From positions 23,034 to 87,033 of the forward strand of contig JAHBZN010000006.1 in assembly GCA_019635415.1 (NCBI GenBank): DNA of 64,000 nucleotides, read 5' to 3'. The notes beneath the pieces were generated by a model. It was not told where the DNA came from and did no database searches. It saw nothing but the letters and a program-made list of their open reading frames with translations. A program made the translations under genes and the position numbers. This stretch comes from Ramlibacter sp. Lineage in GTDB: Bacteria > Pseudomonadota > Gammaproteobacteria > Burkholderiales > Burkholderiaceae_C. Position 1 is the stretch's first letter, and every line of letters starts with the position of its first letter. Shown here piece by piece: positions 29,291 to 38,244 of the stretch.

Positions 29291-30550
29291 TCAGGCCCCG
29301 CTGGCGAACGCGAAGTCCACCTCCGGCGCCAGGCCGCTCACGATGCGCGCGATCGACTTGCCCGAGCCGCAGGCATGTGTCCAGCCGAGCGTGCCGTGTC
29401 CGGTGTTGAGGAACAGGTTGGGCAGCCGGGTTTTTCCGATCAGGGGCACGTTGCTGGGCGTGGCCGGTCGCAGGCCGGTCCAGAACTGCGCCTGCGTGGT
29501 GTCGCCGGCGCCCGGAAAGACGTCTTCCACGCGCCGCACGATGGCTTCGCAGCGCACGCGGTTCAGGTCACGGTCGTAGCCGTTGAGCTCGGCCGTGCCG
29601 GCGATGCGCAGGCGGTCGCCCAGCCGCGAGAACACGAGCTTGTACTCGTCGTCGGTCAGGCTCACTTCATGGGCCAGGGCCGGGTCCTTTACGGGCATGG
29701 TGACCGAATAGCCCTTGGCCGGGTAGATCGGCAGCCGCAGACCCAGCGGCGCCGCCAGCAGCGGGCTCACGGCGCCCATGGCGAGCACGTAGGCATCGGC
29801 GCGCAGGCGCTGGAAGCGGCCTTCGCTGTCGGTGGCTTCGACGTGCTCGATCTGCCCGCCGGCCTCGCGCAACGCGGTGACGGTGTGGCTCATCAGGAAC
29901 CGCACCCCGCTGGCCTCGCACAGCCTGACCAGCTCGCGCGCAAAGCGGTTGGCATCACCGGACTCGTCCTCGGCGGTGTAGGTGGCACCGGCCAGCCGGG
30001 GCCGCATGGCGCGCAGCGCCGGCTCGATCCGCACGGCTTCGTCGGCCGAGATCACGCGGCGCTCGCAGCCCAGCTCGCGCATCTGCTCGGCCGGCTTGAG
30101 TGCGGCGTCGAACTCCTTGGCCGAGGTGTAGAAATGCAGGATGCCCTGGGTGCGCTGGTCGTAGGCCAGGCCGGTGTCGCGGCGCAGCTGCTGCAGCATG
30201 TCACGGCTGTAGGTGCCCAGCCGCACGATCTGGCGGATGTTGTGGCGCGTGCGCGCGGGCGTGCACTCCCGCAGGAACTGCAGCCCCCAGAGCCACTGGC
30301 GCAGGTCGGCGCGCACGCGGAACAGCAGCGGAGCGTCTTCCTTGCCCAGCCATTGCAGCACCTTGAGCGGTGCGCCAGGGTTGGCCCAGGGCTCGGCATG
30401 GCTGACCGAGATCTGTCCGCCGTTGGCAAAGCTGGTTTCGGCGGCCGGCGTGGCCTGCCGGTCGACCACGGTGACCTCATGGCCCAGTTGCTGCAGGTAG
30501 TACGCGGAGGTGGCGCCGAGCAGGCCGGCGCCCAGAACGATGACTTTCAT
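29291..30550 (-). CDS. dadA: D-amino-acid dehydrogenase (DadA-family FAD oxidoreductase)
   Basis: MKVIVLGAGLLGATSAYYL (GxGxxG), ...NTGHGTLGWT.... 419 aa. Confidence 0.9.
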   Translation of the reverse strand: MKVIVLGAGLLGATSAYYLQQLGHEVTVVDRQATPAAETSFANGGQISVSHAEPWANPGAPLKVLQWLGKEDAPLLFRVRADLRQWLWGLQFLRECTPARTRHNIRQIVRLGTYSRDMLQQLRRDTGLAYDQRTQGILHFYTSAKEFDAALKPAEQMRELGCERRVISADEAVRIEPALRAMRPRLAGATYTAEDESGDANRFARELVRLCEASGVRFLMSHTVTALREAGGQIEHVEATDSEGRFQRLRADAYVLAMGAVSPLLAAPLGLRLPIYPAKGYSVTMPVKDPALAHEVSLTDDEYKLVFSRLGDRLRIAGTAELNGYDRDLNRVRCEAIVRRVEDVFPGAGDTTQAQFWTGLRPATPSNVPLIGKTRLPNLFLNTGHGTLGWTHACGSGKSIARIVSGLAPEVDFAFASGA

Positions 30551-30560
30551 TGTTTCAAGC

Positions 30561-30626
30561 CTTTTGAAGCGGTAGTCCTTGCCGGGCGGCCACTTTCAGC
30601 TATCAAAAAGATAGCATCAAAAGGGT
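30561..30626 (-). repeat. Dispersed repeat, copy f (reverse orientation; lies in the dadA leader between the riboswitch and the start codon)
   Basis: The reverse complement, tgctatctttttgatagctgaaagtggccgcccggcaaggactaccgcttcaaaag, matches copy a at 42 of 56 positions (hand count). Confidence 0.65.
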
Positions 30627-30639
30627 CCGGAGCCCGGTT

Positions 30640-30832
30640 GCCGCTCCCCCTGTCCTTGGTACCTGAGAGATTCACCCGCCGGTCCCCGGCGGGTTTGCTC
30701 CTTCGGTGAGCCTGGCGTGGCCAGGCTGCTCTCCAGACGGCTTGTCAGTGAGGGCAGTACGAAACCTGAGCGTGCATGGGAGTTTGCGCCTTCGGTGGAA
30801 CGGTGCGGGCCGTTCACTCTCCTGCCTGCCGC
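30640..30832 (-). promoter_or_regulatory. Tandem glycine riboswitch (two aptamers) in the 5' leader of dadA
   Basis: Minus-strand reading. Aptamer 1: caGGAGAGtgaacggcccgcaccgttcCACCGAAGGcGCAAactccc...gCTCAGG. Aptamer 2: CTGGAGAGcagcctggccacgccaggctCACCGAAGGAGCAAacccgccggggaccggcgggtgAATCTCTCAGGtaccAAGGACAGggg. Both match the glycine-riboswitch consensus cores. Confidence 0.88.
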
Positions 30833-30909
30833 GATTGTAGGGGCGCCCCCACCCCCGGCGCCGGCCAACAGCGTTTTTCAAGGCACGGTAGCGCCGGTGA
30901 TACAGGCCG

Positions 30910-31809
30910 CTAGGCGCTGACGAAGCCCAGCTTGTCCGGGTTGCGCGTGACGTAGATTGTCTGGATCCGGGCCTGGCCCCGGGCATCCGGCGCGATGCGA
31001 AAGGCCATGGTCTGAACCACCTGGCCCGAGGCCAGCGACAGCACGGCCCCGGGCAGGCCGTTGACGGTGGTCATGCGCACCTGTCCGTCGGTCCCGAACC
31101 AGGCCTTTGCGAAGCCGGCCAGCGCCTTGGCCACGGGCAGCGCGCCATGCAGCGGGCGTGACACCGCGGTGGCCTTCCCGCCGCCATCCGACAGGAAACT
31201 GGCGTCCTCTGCAAGCAGCGTGGCCAGTGCGTCGGCGTCGCCCGTGTGCAGCGCCTGGGCGAAGGCCGCCATCAGGTCGCTGCGCGCCTGGTGGGCCACT
31301 TCCGCACGGCTGTGGTGGGCCTGGACATGCTCGCGGGCGCGCCGGGCGAGCTGGCGGCAGGCGGCCTCGTTGCGGCCCAGGCGGGCCGCCACATCGGGGA
31401 AGTCGAGATCGAACACGTCGTGCAGCAAGAAGGCGGCGCGCTCCAGCGGCGTCAGCCGCTCCAGCGCGAGCATGAAGGCGATCGACACCTCCTGCGCGTA
31501 CTCGGCCCGCGCCTGTGGGCCGGGGTCGAAGTCCATGGCGCTGTCCACCAGCGGTTCCGGCAACCAGACCCCGACGTAGGCTTCACGCCGGTTGCGCGCT
31601 GATTTCATGTGGTCCAGGCACAGGTGGGTCATCACCTTCGACAGCCAGGCCGGCGGGTTGGCGATCGCCTCCTGCGGGGCTGCATGCCAGCGCAGCCAGG
31701 CTTCCTGCACCAGGTCCTCGGCTTCGGCGCGCGAGCCCAGCATGCGGTAGGCCAGTGCCCGCAGCGAGGGGCGCTGGGCTTCGAAGAGGGATTCAGCGGT
31801 GTTCGTCAT
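30910..31809 (-). CDS. ECF sigma factor, ECF41/SigJ-type, with SnoaL-like C-terminal extension
   Basis: Region 2 (LRALAYRMLGSRAEAEDLVQEAWLRW) and region 4 (LERLTPLERAAFLLHDVFDLDFPDVAARLG), plus about 110 aa extra at the C-terminus. Internal ATG at 31809. Confidence 0.85.
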   Translation of the reverse strand: MTNTAESLFEAQRPSLRALAYRMLGSRAEAEDLVQEAWLRWHAAPQEAIANPPAWLSKVMTHLCLDHMKSARNRREAYVGVWLPEPLVDSAMDFDPGPQARAEYAQEVSIAFMLALERLTPLERAAFLLHDVFDLDFPDVAARLGRNEAACRQLARRAREHVQAHHSRAEVAHQARSDLMAAFAQALHTGDADALATLLAEDASFLSDGGGKATAVSRPLHGALPVAKALAGFAKAWFGTDGQVRMTTVNGLPGAVLSLASGQVVQTMAFRIAPDARGQARIQTIYVTRNPDKLGFVSA

Positions 31810-32353
31810 GAGGATTCGGAGCAATGACCTGGTGGCCGACGACCACGCGCTGGCAGGTTTGCGCGTAGCCCAGCGCCAGCTTGACCTGAGGATACAGGCG
31901 CACCCCCATGGCGGCCAGCACGAGGGTCTGGAAGCCGCGTGCACCGAAGCGCCGCTGGCATTGCTCGCGCAGGCCCTCGACATGGGGCCGGCGCGCGGTC
32001 CAGGCACGCACGAAGTCCCAGGCCAGGGCGGCGTCGGCATCGAGGCTGGCCAGGCTGCCCAGGTCGTGCGTCAGGGCGGCCTGCAGCACGACCGGCGGCA
32101 CGCCCTGGGCCAGCGCCATGTCGGCGACCAGCTGGGCGCAGGGGCCGCAGTCCTCGTGCAGCACGGCGGCCAGCCGGGCGAGATGCCAGGGCGCCAGTGG
32201 CAGGTCCCCGCGCGCGCCGCCCAGGCCCGTCGCCAGGTTGAAGCGCACGAAGTCCATGCGCCGCGTGCGCCAGATCTGCCGGGCATAGTCCATGGCGTAC
32301 GACCAGCGGCGCTCGAAGGCCGTCAGCGCTTTGTCGATCAGCACGTCAAGCAT
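31793..32353 (-). CDS. AhpD-like / carboxymuconolactone-decarboxylase-family protein (CxxC)
   Basis: 186 aa with HEDCGPCAQL. Position is immediately upstream of, and overlapping, an ECF41 sigma gene. Confidence 0.5.
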   Translation of the reverse strand: MLDVLIDKALTAFERRWSYAMDYARQIWRTRRMDFVRFNLATGLGGARGDLPLAPWHLARLAAVLHEDCGPCAQLVADMALAQGVPPVVLQAALTHDLGSLASLDADAALAWDFVRAWTARRPHVEGLREQCQRRFGARGFQTLVLAAMGVRLYPQVKLALGYAQTCQRVVVGHQVIAPNPHDEHR

Positions 32354-32738
32354 GGGCGGCTCCCTCCCGGGGCCACGTGGCCGCCAGTCCGGCGGCCGCC
32401 AGCGCGGGCAGCACGACACCCGGCGCATCCGCGAGGAACTGACCCCAGCCGCACACGCCGGCCAGGGTCTCGGCCAAGTGAACGCCGGCGTGCAGCAGCA
32501 GGAAGCCCGCGCCCAGCCAGGCCGCCGGGGCGGCGCGCCGCCCGGCCCGGGCGCGCCAGAGCAGGCCCAGGCCCGCGCACAGGTAGGCTGCGCCGACGTC
32601 GCGCACGAAATGGGGGTTGAGGGCGCCGGTCAGATCCACACCGGGCACGGTGTGGAACCAGGGGGACGGGGCCGCCATCATGGCGGCGCCATTGGCGAGC
32701 AGGCCGGAGGCCAGCAGGGTGCGGGCAGCTTGGAGCAC
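32346..32738 (-). CDS. Small integral membrane protein, first gene of the ECF41 operon
   Basis: 130 aa with about 4 hydrophobic segments. Its stop overlaps the next start (8-nt overlap). No family recognised. Confidence 0.5.
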   Translation of the reverse strand: MLQAARTLLASGLLANGAAMMAAPSPWFHTVPGVDLTGALNPHFVRDVGAAYLCAGLGLLWRARAGRRAAPAAWLGAGFLLLHAGVHLAETLAGVCGWGQFLADAPGVVLPALAAAGLAATWPREGAAHA

Positions 32739-32811
32739 GGAAGCCTTTCAGGAGTTGCTGCCCGTTTGACGAGATGGCCACGCGGTTTGTGACACGGGCC
32801 TGGCGCGGCCC

Positions 32812-33543
32812 CTAGCGCCGCAGGGCCGCGAACGCCTCGAACTCCCAGCTGCGCATGGCCAGCAGCAGGGTGTAGCCCTCTCGGTCTTTCTCGGCGAGCC
32901 GCTGGTCGGCCTGGTGCTGCTGGGCGAAGTCCTGAGCCACGCGCTGCATGCGCTCGAGAAATGAAGGCGCGAGCGCCCGGCTGACCGAGCCATGCACCAG
33001 CAGCACGCCCTCGCCGGTGCCATCAAAGCCGCCCGAGAAGTAGTCGAGCAGGGCGTTTTCACGAAAGTAGTTCATCACCGCCCCGTGCGGGCGCCAGCGG
33101 AAGGTCTTGGCCAGCTTGAGCCGGTAGCGGTTGAGTGGCCGCAGTTCAATGATGCCGATGCGGTCGAGCTGGACCAGGTACATCACGCACTCGGCCTCGC
33201 TGAGCCGGTAGCTGCTGCTGATCTGTTCCAGCGTCCACTGGCTGAGCACGCAGATGGCGCACAGGAGCAGCTTCTTGTCGGCCACCACGGCCTTTTCCTG
33301 TTCGGCGGTCAGCTCCCTGAGCAGGGGCTGGGCGTCGGCCACGCGGCGTGCCAGTTCGGCGAAGTCGAGCTTGAGCACGCGGCAGATTGCGTCCACGCGC
33401 GACAGGGGCATGTCGCCGCGGGCCAGCATGCGCTTGACGCTGCTCTCGGCCATGCCCAGCGCCCGCGCCAGGTCGGCATAGGTCATCTGCGCGGCCTTGA
33501 GTTCCTTCTTGAGGGTGGTGACGAGGTCGGCGGTGGTGCTCAT
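32812..33543 (-). CDS. XRE-type helix-turn-helix transcriptional regulator with an uncharacterised C-terminal domain
   Basis: LKKELKAAQMTYADLARALGMAESSVKRMLARGDMPLSRVDAICRVLKLDF. GGAGA precedes the ATG at 33543. Confidence 0.75.
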   Translation of the reverse strand: MSTTADLVTTLKKELKAAQMTYADLARALGMAESSVKRMLARGDMPLSRVDAICRVLKLDFAELARRVADAQPLLRELTAEQEKAVVADKKLLLCAICVLSQWTLEQISSSYRLSEAECVMYLVQLDRIGIIELRPLNRYRLKLAKTFRWRPHGAVMNYFRENALLDYFSGGFDGTGEGVLLVHGSVSRALAPSFLERMQRVAQDFAQQHQADQRLAEKDREGYTLLLAMRSWEFEAFAALRR

Positions 33544-33651
33544 GGGTATCTCCAGGAGAGACTTGTTGTCCAACGGCAATCAACTTTATCTTACGGGAGC
33601 TACTTTTTTGAGGGGCTTTCAGGACACTGCGCCTCTTCAACCGGAGGACCC

Positions 33652-34446
33652 ATGGCCTTGAAACCCACGCCCCCTGAACGGGCGCTGCTCTTTGTCAGCG
33701 CGGCGTTGTTACTGCTGGCCTGCCTGGGCCCAGCCCTGGTGCAACCTGCGAATTACGACCACTTTGCCGACCAGCGGACGCTGTGGGGCGTGCCCCATGC
33801 ACTGGATGTGCTGAGCAATCTGCCGTTTGCCTTGCTGGGCCTGGGAGGCTGCCTCGCCCTGCGGGCCTGGCCCCCCGCTCAACGGACCGAGCAGGCCTGC
33901 TCGGCACTGTTCTTTGGCGGGCTGGTGGCCACGGCTGCGGTGTCGGGCCTGTACCACTGGCAACCCGACGATGCCGGCCTGGCGCTGGACCGGCTCGGCA
34001 TGGTGCTGCCATTTGCCGGCTTGCTGGGCCTGGCCACCGCTGGCCGGGTCTCGACGCGGGCCGGCGGATGGACGGTGGCGGCCATGCTGGGGTCCGGGGC
34101 GCTGGCCGTCGGGGTCTGGGTGGCCAGCGGTAATGTGCTGCCCTGGGCGGTGCTGCAGTTCGGGGGCATGGGCCTGTTGCTCTGGCTGGCCGCAAGGCGG
34201 CCCTTGCCGTGCGCGCTGGCCGTGCGCTGGGGGGCTGTGATCACGCTGTATGGGGTGGCCAAGCTCCTGGAACTGGCCGACGCCGAGGTGCTGGCGCTGA
34301 GCGGGGGCTGGGTTGCGGGCCACAGCCTCAAGCACATGGTGGCCAGCCTCAGCGCGGCGCCCGTGCTCCTGGCGATCTGGCGGGCCCGCGGTGTAGGCAC
34401 AATCGCGCTACAACAATCTGACGGAGGAGTGACCCATGTCGGCTGA
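33652..34446 (+). CDS. Polytopic membrane protein, possibly alkaline-ceramidase-like
   Basis: 7 predicted TM segments, conserved His/Asp positions (FADQRTLWGVPHALDVLSN, GLYHW, DRLGM, GHSLKH). Family assignment is tentative. Confidence 0.45.
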   Translation: MALKPTPPERALLFVSAALLLLACLGPALVQPANYDHFADQRTLWGVPHALDVLSNLPFALLGLGGCLALRAWPPAQRTEQACSALFFGGLVATAAVSGLYHWQPDDAGLALDRLGMVLPFAGLLGLATAGRVSTRAGGWTVAAMLGSGALAVGVWVASGNVLPWAVLQFGGMGLLLWLAARRPLPCALAVRWGAVITLYGVAKLLELADAEVLALSGGWVAGHSLKHMVASLSAAPVLLAIWRARGVGTIALQQSDGGVTHVG

Positions 34447-36346
34447 CAGCCATCCCAACCAGTTCGCGCTGCTGAAGCAGCGCCGCTTCGCCCCGTTTTT
34501 CTGGACCCAGTTCTCGGGCGCGGCCAATGACAACCTGTTCAAGTTCGCGTTCACGGTGATGGTGACCTACCAGCTGCAGATCAGCTGGCTGCCGCCGGCC
34601 ATGGCGGGACTGGTGATCGGCGCGCTGTTCATCCTGCCCTTTTTGCTGTTCAGCGCCACCAGCGGCCAGCTGGCTGACAAGTACGACAAGCGCATGCTCA
34701 TCGTGTTTGTGAAGCGGCTGGAGATCGTGATCATGGCGCTGGCGGCGTTTGGCTTCTTCAGCGCCAGCGTGCCGATTCTGCTGGCCTGCACCTTTCTGAT
34801 GGGGGTGCATTCGACGCTGTTCGGTCCGGTCAAGTTTGCCTACCTGCCGCATCATCTGGGCGAGCGCGAGCTGACGGGGGGCAACGGCATGGTGGAGATG
34901 GGCACCTTTGTGGCCATCCTGCTGGGCAATGTCGCGGGCGGACTCATCATTGCCGTGCCCGAAATCGGCGCGCACCACGTGGGTTTTGCGTGCGTCGGGC
35001 TGGCCGTGGTGGGGCGCGTGGTGTCGCACTACATTCCCGCGTCGCCCGCCACCGACCCGGGCCTGAAGATCAACTGGAACCCGTTCACCGAAACCTGGCG
35101 CAACCTCAGGCTGGCGCACCAGAACATCGTGGTGTTCCGCTCCCTGCTGGGCATCAGCTGGATGTGGTTCTTCGGCGCGGTGTTCCTGAGCCAGTTCCCC
35201 AGCTTTGCCAAGGAAGTGCTGCACGGCAACGAGCAGGTGGCATCGCTGCTGCTGGTGGTGTTCTCGATCGGCATCGGCACGGGTTCGCTGCTGTGCGAGG
35301 TGCTCAGCCGCCGCCATGTGGAGATCGGCCTGGTGCCGCTGGGTGCCATCGGCATGAGTGTCTTCGCGATCGACCTGTTCCTTGCCTCGCGCGGGCTGGC
35401 CGCGCCGCAGGCCATCTTCACGCTCGGCCAGTTCGTGGCTGAGCCGGCGCACTGGCGGGTGATGGCCGATCTGGCCCTGCTCAGCCTGTTTGCGGGCCTG
35501 TACAGCGTGCCCATGTATGCCCTGATCCAGCTGCGGGCGCAGCCCACGCACCGCGCGCGCATCATCGCGGCCAACAACATCCTCAATGCACTGTTCATGA
35601 TTGCCAGCAGCCTGATCGCCGGGGCGCTGCTGGGCGCGGGCCTGAGCATTCCGCAGATCTTCCTGCTCGTGGGCCTGGCGAACGCGGGGGTGGCCTTCTA
35701 CATCTTCATGCTGGTGCCTGAATACCTGCTGCGTTTCGTGGCCTGGGTGGCGTCGCGCTTTGTCTACCGCTTCAAGGTCCGGGGCGACGAACACATTCCG
35801 CTCGAGGGTGCGGCCATCCTGGCCTGCAACCACGTGAGCTTCGTTGACGCCGTGCTGTTGATGGCCGCGAGTCCCCGGCCGATCTATTTCGTGATGGACC
35901 ACCGCATCTTCAAGCTGCCGGTGCTGGGATGGCTGTTCAAGCTGGCCAAGGCGATCCCCGTGGCGTCGCAAAAGGAAGACCCGCAGGTGTACGAGGCGGC
36001 CTTCGAGCGCGCGGCCCAGGTGCTGCGTGACGGCGACCTGCTGGCCATCTTCCCCGAGGGCGGGATCACCCGGGATGGGCAATTGCAGCCCTTCAAGGCC
36101 GGCATCATGAAGATTCTGGAGCGCGCGCAGGCCGACGGGGTGAGCGCGCCTGTCATCCCGATGGCGCTGACCAATCTGTGGGGCAGCTACTTCAGCCGCG
36201 TGGAACAGGGCAACGCGATGGTGCGGCCGTTTCGTCGCGGCGTGTTCAGCCGGGTGGGGCTGAATGTGGGAGAGAGCGTGGGCGCTGGCAACGTATCGCC
36301 CGAAGGCCTGCACGGGCGCGTGGCGGGACTGCTGGGCGCTGCCTGA
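34436..36346 (+). CDS. Lysophospholipid transporter (LplT, MFS) fused to a PlsC-type acyltransferase domain
   Basis: N-terminal 12-TM MFS domain (FAPFFWTQFSGAANDNLFKFA), then NHVSFVDAVLL (HX4D) and FPEGGITRDG. 636 aa. Confidence 0.85.
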   Translation: MSADSHPNQFALLKQRRFAPFFWTQFSGAANDNLFKFAFTVMVTYQLQISWLPPAMAGLVIGALFILPFLLFSATSGQLADKYDKRMLIVFVKRLEIVIMALAAFGFFSASVPILLACTFLMGVHSTLFGPVKFAYLPHHLGERELTGGNGMVEMGTFVAILLGNVAGGLIIAVPEIGAHHVGFACVGLAVVGRVVSHYIPASPATDPGLKINWNPFTETWRNLRLAHQNIVVFRSLLGISWMWFFGAVFLSQFPSFAKEVLHGNEQVASLLLVVFSIGIGTGSLLCEVLSRRHVEIGLVPLGAIGMSVFAIDLFLASRGLAAPQAIFTLGQFVAEPAHWRVMADLALLSLFAGLYSVPMYALIQLRAQPTHRARIIAANNILNALFMIASSLIAGALLGAGLSIPQIFLLVGLANAGVAFYIFMLVPEYLLRFVAWVASRFVYRFKVRGDEHIPLEGAAILACNHVSFVDAVLLMAASPRPIYFVMDHRIFKLPVLGWLFKLAKAIPVASQKEDPQVYEAAFERAAQVLRDGDLLAIFPEGGITRDGQLQPFKAGIMKILERAQADGVSAPVIPMALTNLWGSYFSRVEQGNAMVRPFRRGVFSRVGLNVGESVGAGNVSPEGLHGRVAGLLGAA

Positions 36347-36407
36347 CAGCCCTCGCTGGAGCGTTTTGGTACATTGTGGATATACCCGTAGTCCGAATCT
36401 TTCATAC

Positions 36408-36432
36408 AAGGACACCAGGACGGTCCTTTTTT
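36408..36432 (+). terminator. Candidate intrinsic terminator after the LplT-PlsC gene
   Basis: AAGGAC-9 nt loop-GTCCTT followed by TTTTG. Confidence 0.45.
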
Positions 36433-36484
36433 GCGATCGCTCCCTGACACTGCGTGCATGTTCAACCACCTCAGTCGAGGACAC

Positions 36485-36952
36485 ATGCAAACTCTGATTC
36501 AACGCGATTCCAAAGCCTGGCAACTGCAGGTCTGGGTGTCTTTTGCCCTGGCGGCCTTTTTGTGCGGTGTGGGGCTGGCCTGGCTGCCTGGCAAGGATCT
36601 GGACCGCGCCTTCATGGTCATGGGGTATTTCTTCTGCCTCTCGGCGGCGTTCGTGCTGGCCAAGTTTGTCCGTGACCACGAGAAGGCCCGCGCCGAGCGG
36701 CGACTGGCAGACACCCCGATGTTCAAGTTCGTGGTCTGGGGCGGCTTCTTTCTGGCCATGGGGCTGACCGGTTGGGGCCTGATGCGCATGGAAATCAACG
36801 AGACCTACAAAGCCTTTCTGGGCGTGAGCTGGCTCTATCTGATCACCTGCACCTTCACGCTGGCCAAGACGCTGCGCGACCGCCACGAGGCCGATCTCGC
36901 TGACGCCCGCCTGCAGGCCCGGGCCCACCGTGCCCCGGCGGAAGCGGAATGA
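36485..36952 (+). CDS. YiaA/YiaB-family inner-membrane protein
   Basis: Two YiaAB two-helix units (WQLQVWVSFALAAFL..., MGYFFCLSAAFVLAKFVRD, ...SWLYLITCTFTLAKTLRD). GAGGA precedes the ATG at 36485. Confidence 0.7.
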   Translation: MQTLIQRDSKAWQLQVWVSFALAAFLCGVGLAWLPGKDLDRAFMVMGYFFCLSAAFVLAKFVRDHEKARAERRLADTPMFKFVVWGGFFLAMGLTGWGLMRMEINETYKAFLGVSWLYLITCTFTLAKTLRDRHEADLADARLQARAHRAPAEAE

Positions 36953-36978
36953 CCGCCACCAGAACCAAGGAGCTCGTC

Positions 36979-37425
36979 ATGAGAAAGCAGATCGCAGTCC
37001 TGGCGCTGGTCGCCAGTGGCGTGTGGGGCAGCCCGGCGCGGGCGCAGAGCGAAGCCTCGGTTGCGCTGTCGATGTTGCCCGTGGCCTCAGTCGTGGGCGC
37101 GGCCTCGGTGGCGGCGGCCGGTGCGGGCGCGGTCAGCGCGGCGCCGGTGATACTGAGCGCGGCGGGTGCTGTGCTCACCGTCCGGGCCGTGGAGGTGTCG
37201 GCCCGTGGGACGGTCTATGTGCTGGAACGTGCGTCGGACGGCGCCCGGGTGAGCGTGGAGGTCGCCGGGCGCGGGGCCGCGGCGGCTTCGCTGGCGGCGG
37301 GCACGGTCGTGACGGTGAGCGTGATCGGCGCGGGCGTGGTGCTCAGTGCCGCGGGTGAGGCCATCGCCTTCATTCCCAACGCCCTGGGGCACGCACTGCT
37401 GCACAACGAACGGCTGACGGATTGA
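36979..37425 (+). CDS. Small secreted Ala/Val/Gly-rich protein of unknown function
   Basis: AAGGAG then ATG. Signal peptide MRKQIAVLALVASGVWGSPARAQ. 148 aa, low complexity. Confidence 0.5.
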   Translation: MRKQIAVLALVASGVWGSPARAQSEASVALSMLPVASVVGAASVAAAGAGAVSAAPVILSAAGAVLTVRAVEVSARGTVYVLERASDGARVSVEVAGRGAAAASLAAGTVVTVSVIGAGVVLSAAGEAIAFIPNALGHALLHNERLTD

Positions 37426-37435
37426 GGGCCTGGCG

Positions 37436-38239
37436 ATGAAGACCCTCATGAGATGGGCGGCCGCTTGGTTCGCGGCCCTGGTGCTCGCGGCGGCCGCCCA
37501 CGCCGGCCACAACTGCGAGGCGGCAAAGCCCTCCGCGCAGGCCATGGTACGGGGCCTGACGCTGGCCGAGCGCACACTCAAGGCGCTGGAGGCCGACCAT
37601 GCCCGCACAGGGACCCAGGTGGTGCTGCTGGCAAGGGCCGGCCAGGACCTGGGCAAGTATGGCTTGCACTGGTCGCACCTGGGTTTTGCCTACAGGACGC
37701 CGACCGGTGAGTGGCGCGTGCTGCACAAACTGAACCAGTGCGGCACGGCGGAATCGGCCATCTACCGGCAGGGCCTGGGGGAATTCTTCCTGGACGACCT
37801 GTGGCGCTACGAGGCCGCCTGGGTGGTGCCCACGCCTACGGTGCAGGCGCGGCTGTGGCCGCTGCTGCTGGACGAGCCGCGGGCCCTGCGCCTGCATCAC
37901 AAGCCCTACAGCATCGTGAGCTATGCGTGGGGCCGGCGCTACCAGCAGTCCAACCAGTGGGCCATCGAGACGTTGGCCGCTGCCATGGAGCCGACCATTG
38001 GCACGAGGGATGCGGCCCAGGCTTGGCTGATGTTCAAGGGCTACGAGCCGACCCCGCTCAAGCTCGGGCCGCTGACGCGGCTGGGCGGCCGGATGAGTTC
38101 CGCCAACGTGGCGTTTGATGACCACCCCGCGCAGAAGCGCTTCAGCGACCGCATAGAAACGGTGACGGTGGACTCCGTGTTTGCCTGGCTGCCCCGCGCG
38201 GGGTTGGGGGCGGCGGCGATCCGGCGGGCAGGGGGTTAG
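37436..38239 (+). CDS. DUF2145-family secreted protein
   Basis: Signal peptide, then GHNCEA...VVLLARAGQDLGKYGLHWSHLGFAYR...LHKLNQCGT. Confidence 0.65.
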   Translation: MKTLMRWAAAWFAALVLAAAAHAGHNCEAAKPSAQAMVRGLTLAERTLKALEADHARTGTQVVLLARAGQDLGKYGLHWSHLGFAYRTPTGEWRVLHKLNQCGTAESAIYRQGLGEFFLDDLWRYEAAWVVPTPTVQARLWPLLLDEPRALRLHHKPYSIVSYAWGRRYQQSNQWAIETLAAAMEPTIGTRDAAQAWLMFKGYEPTPLKLGPLTRLGGRMSSANVAFDDHPAQKRFSDRIETVTVDSVFAWLPRAGLGAAAIRRAGG

Positions 38240-38244
38240 TCGTT

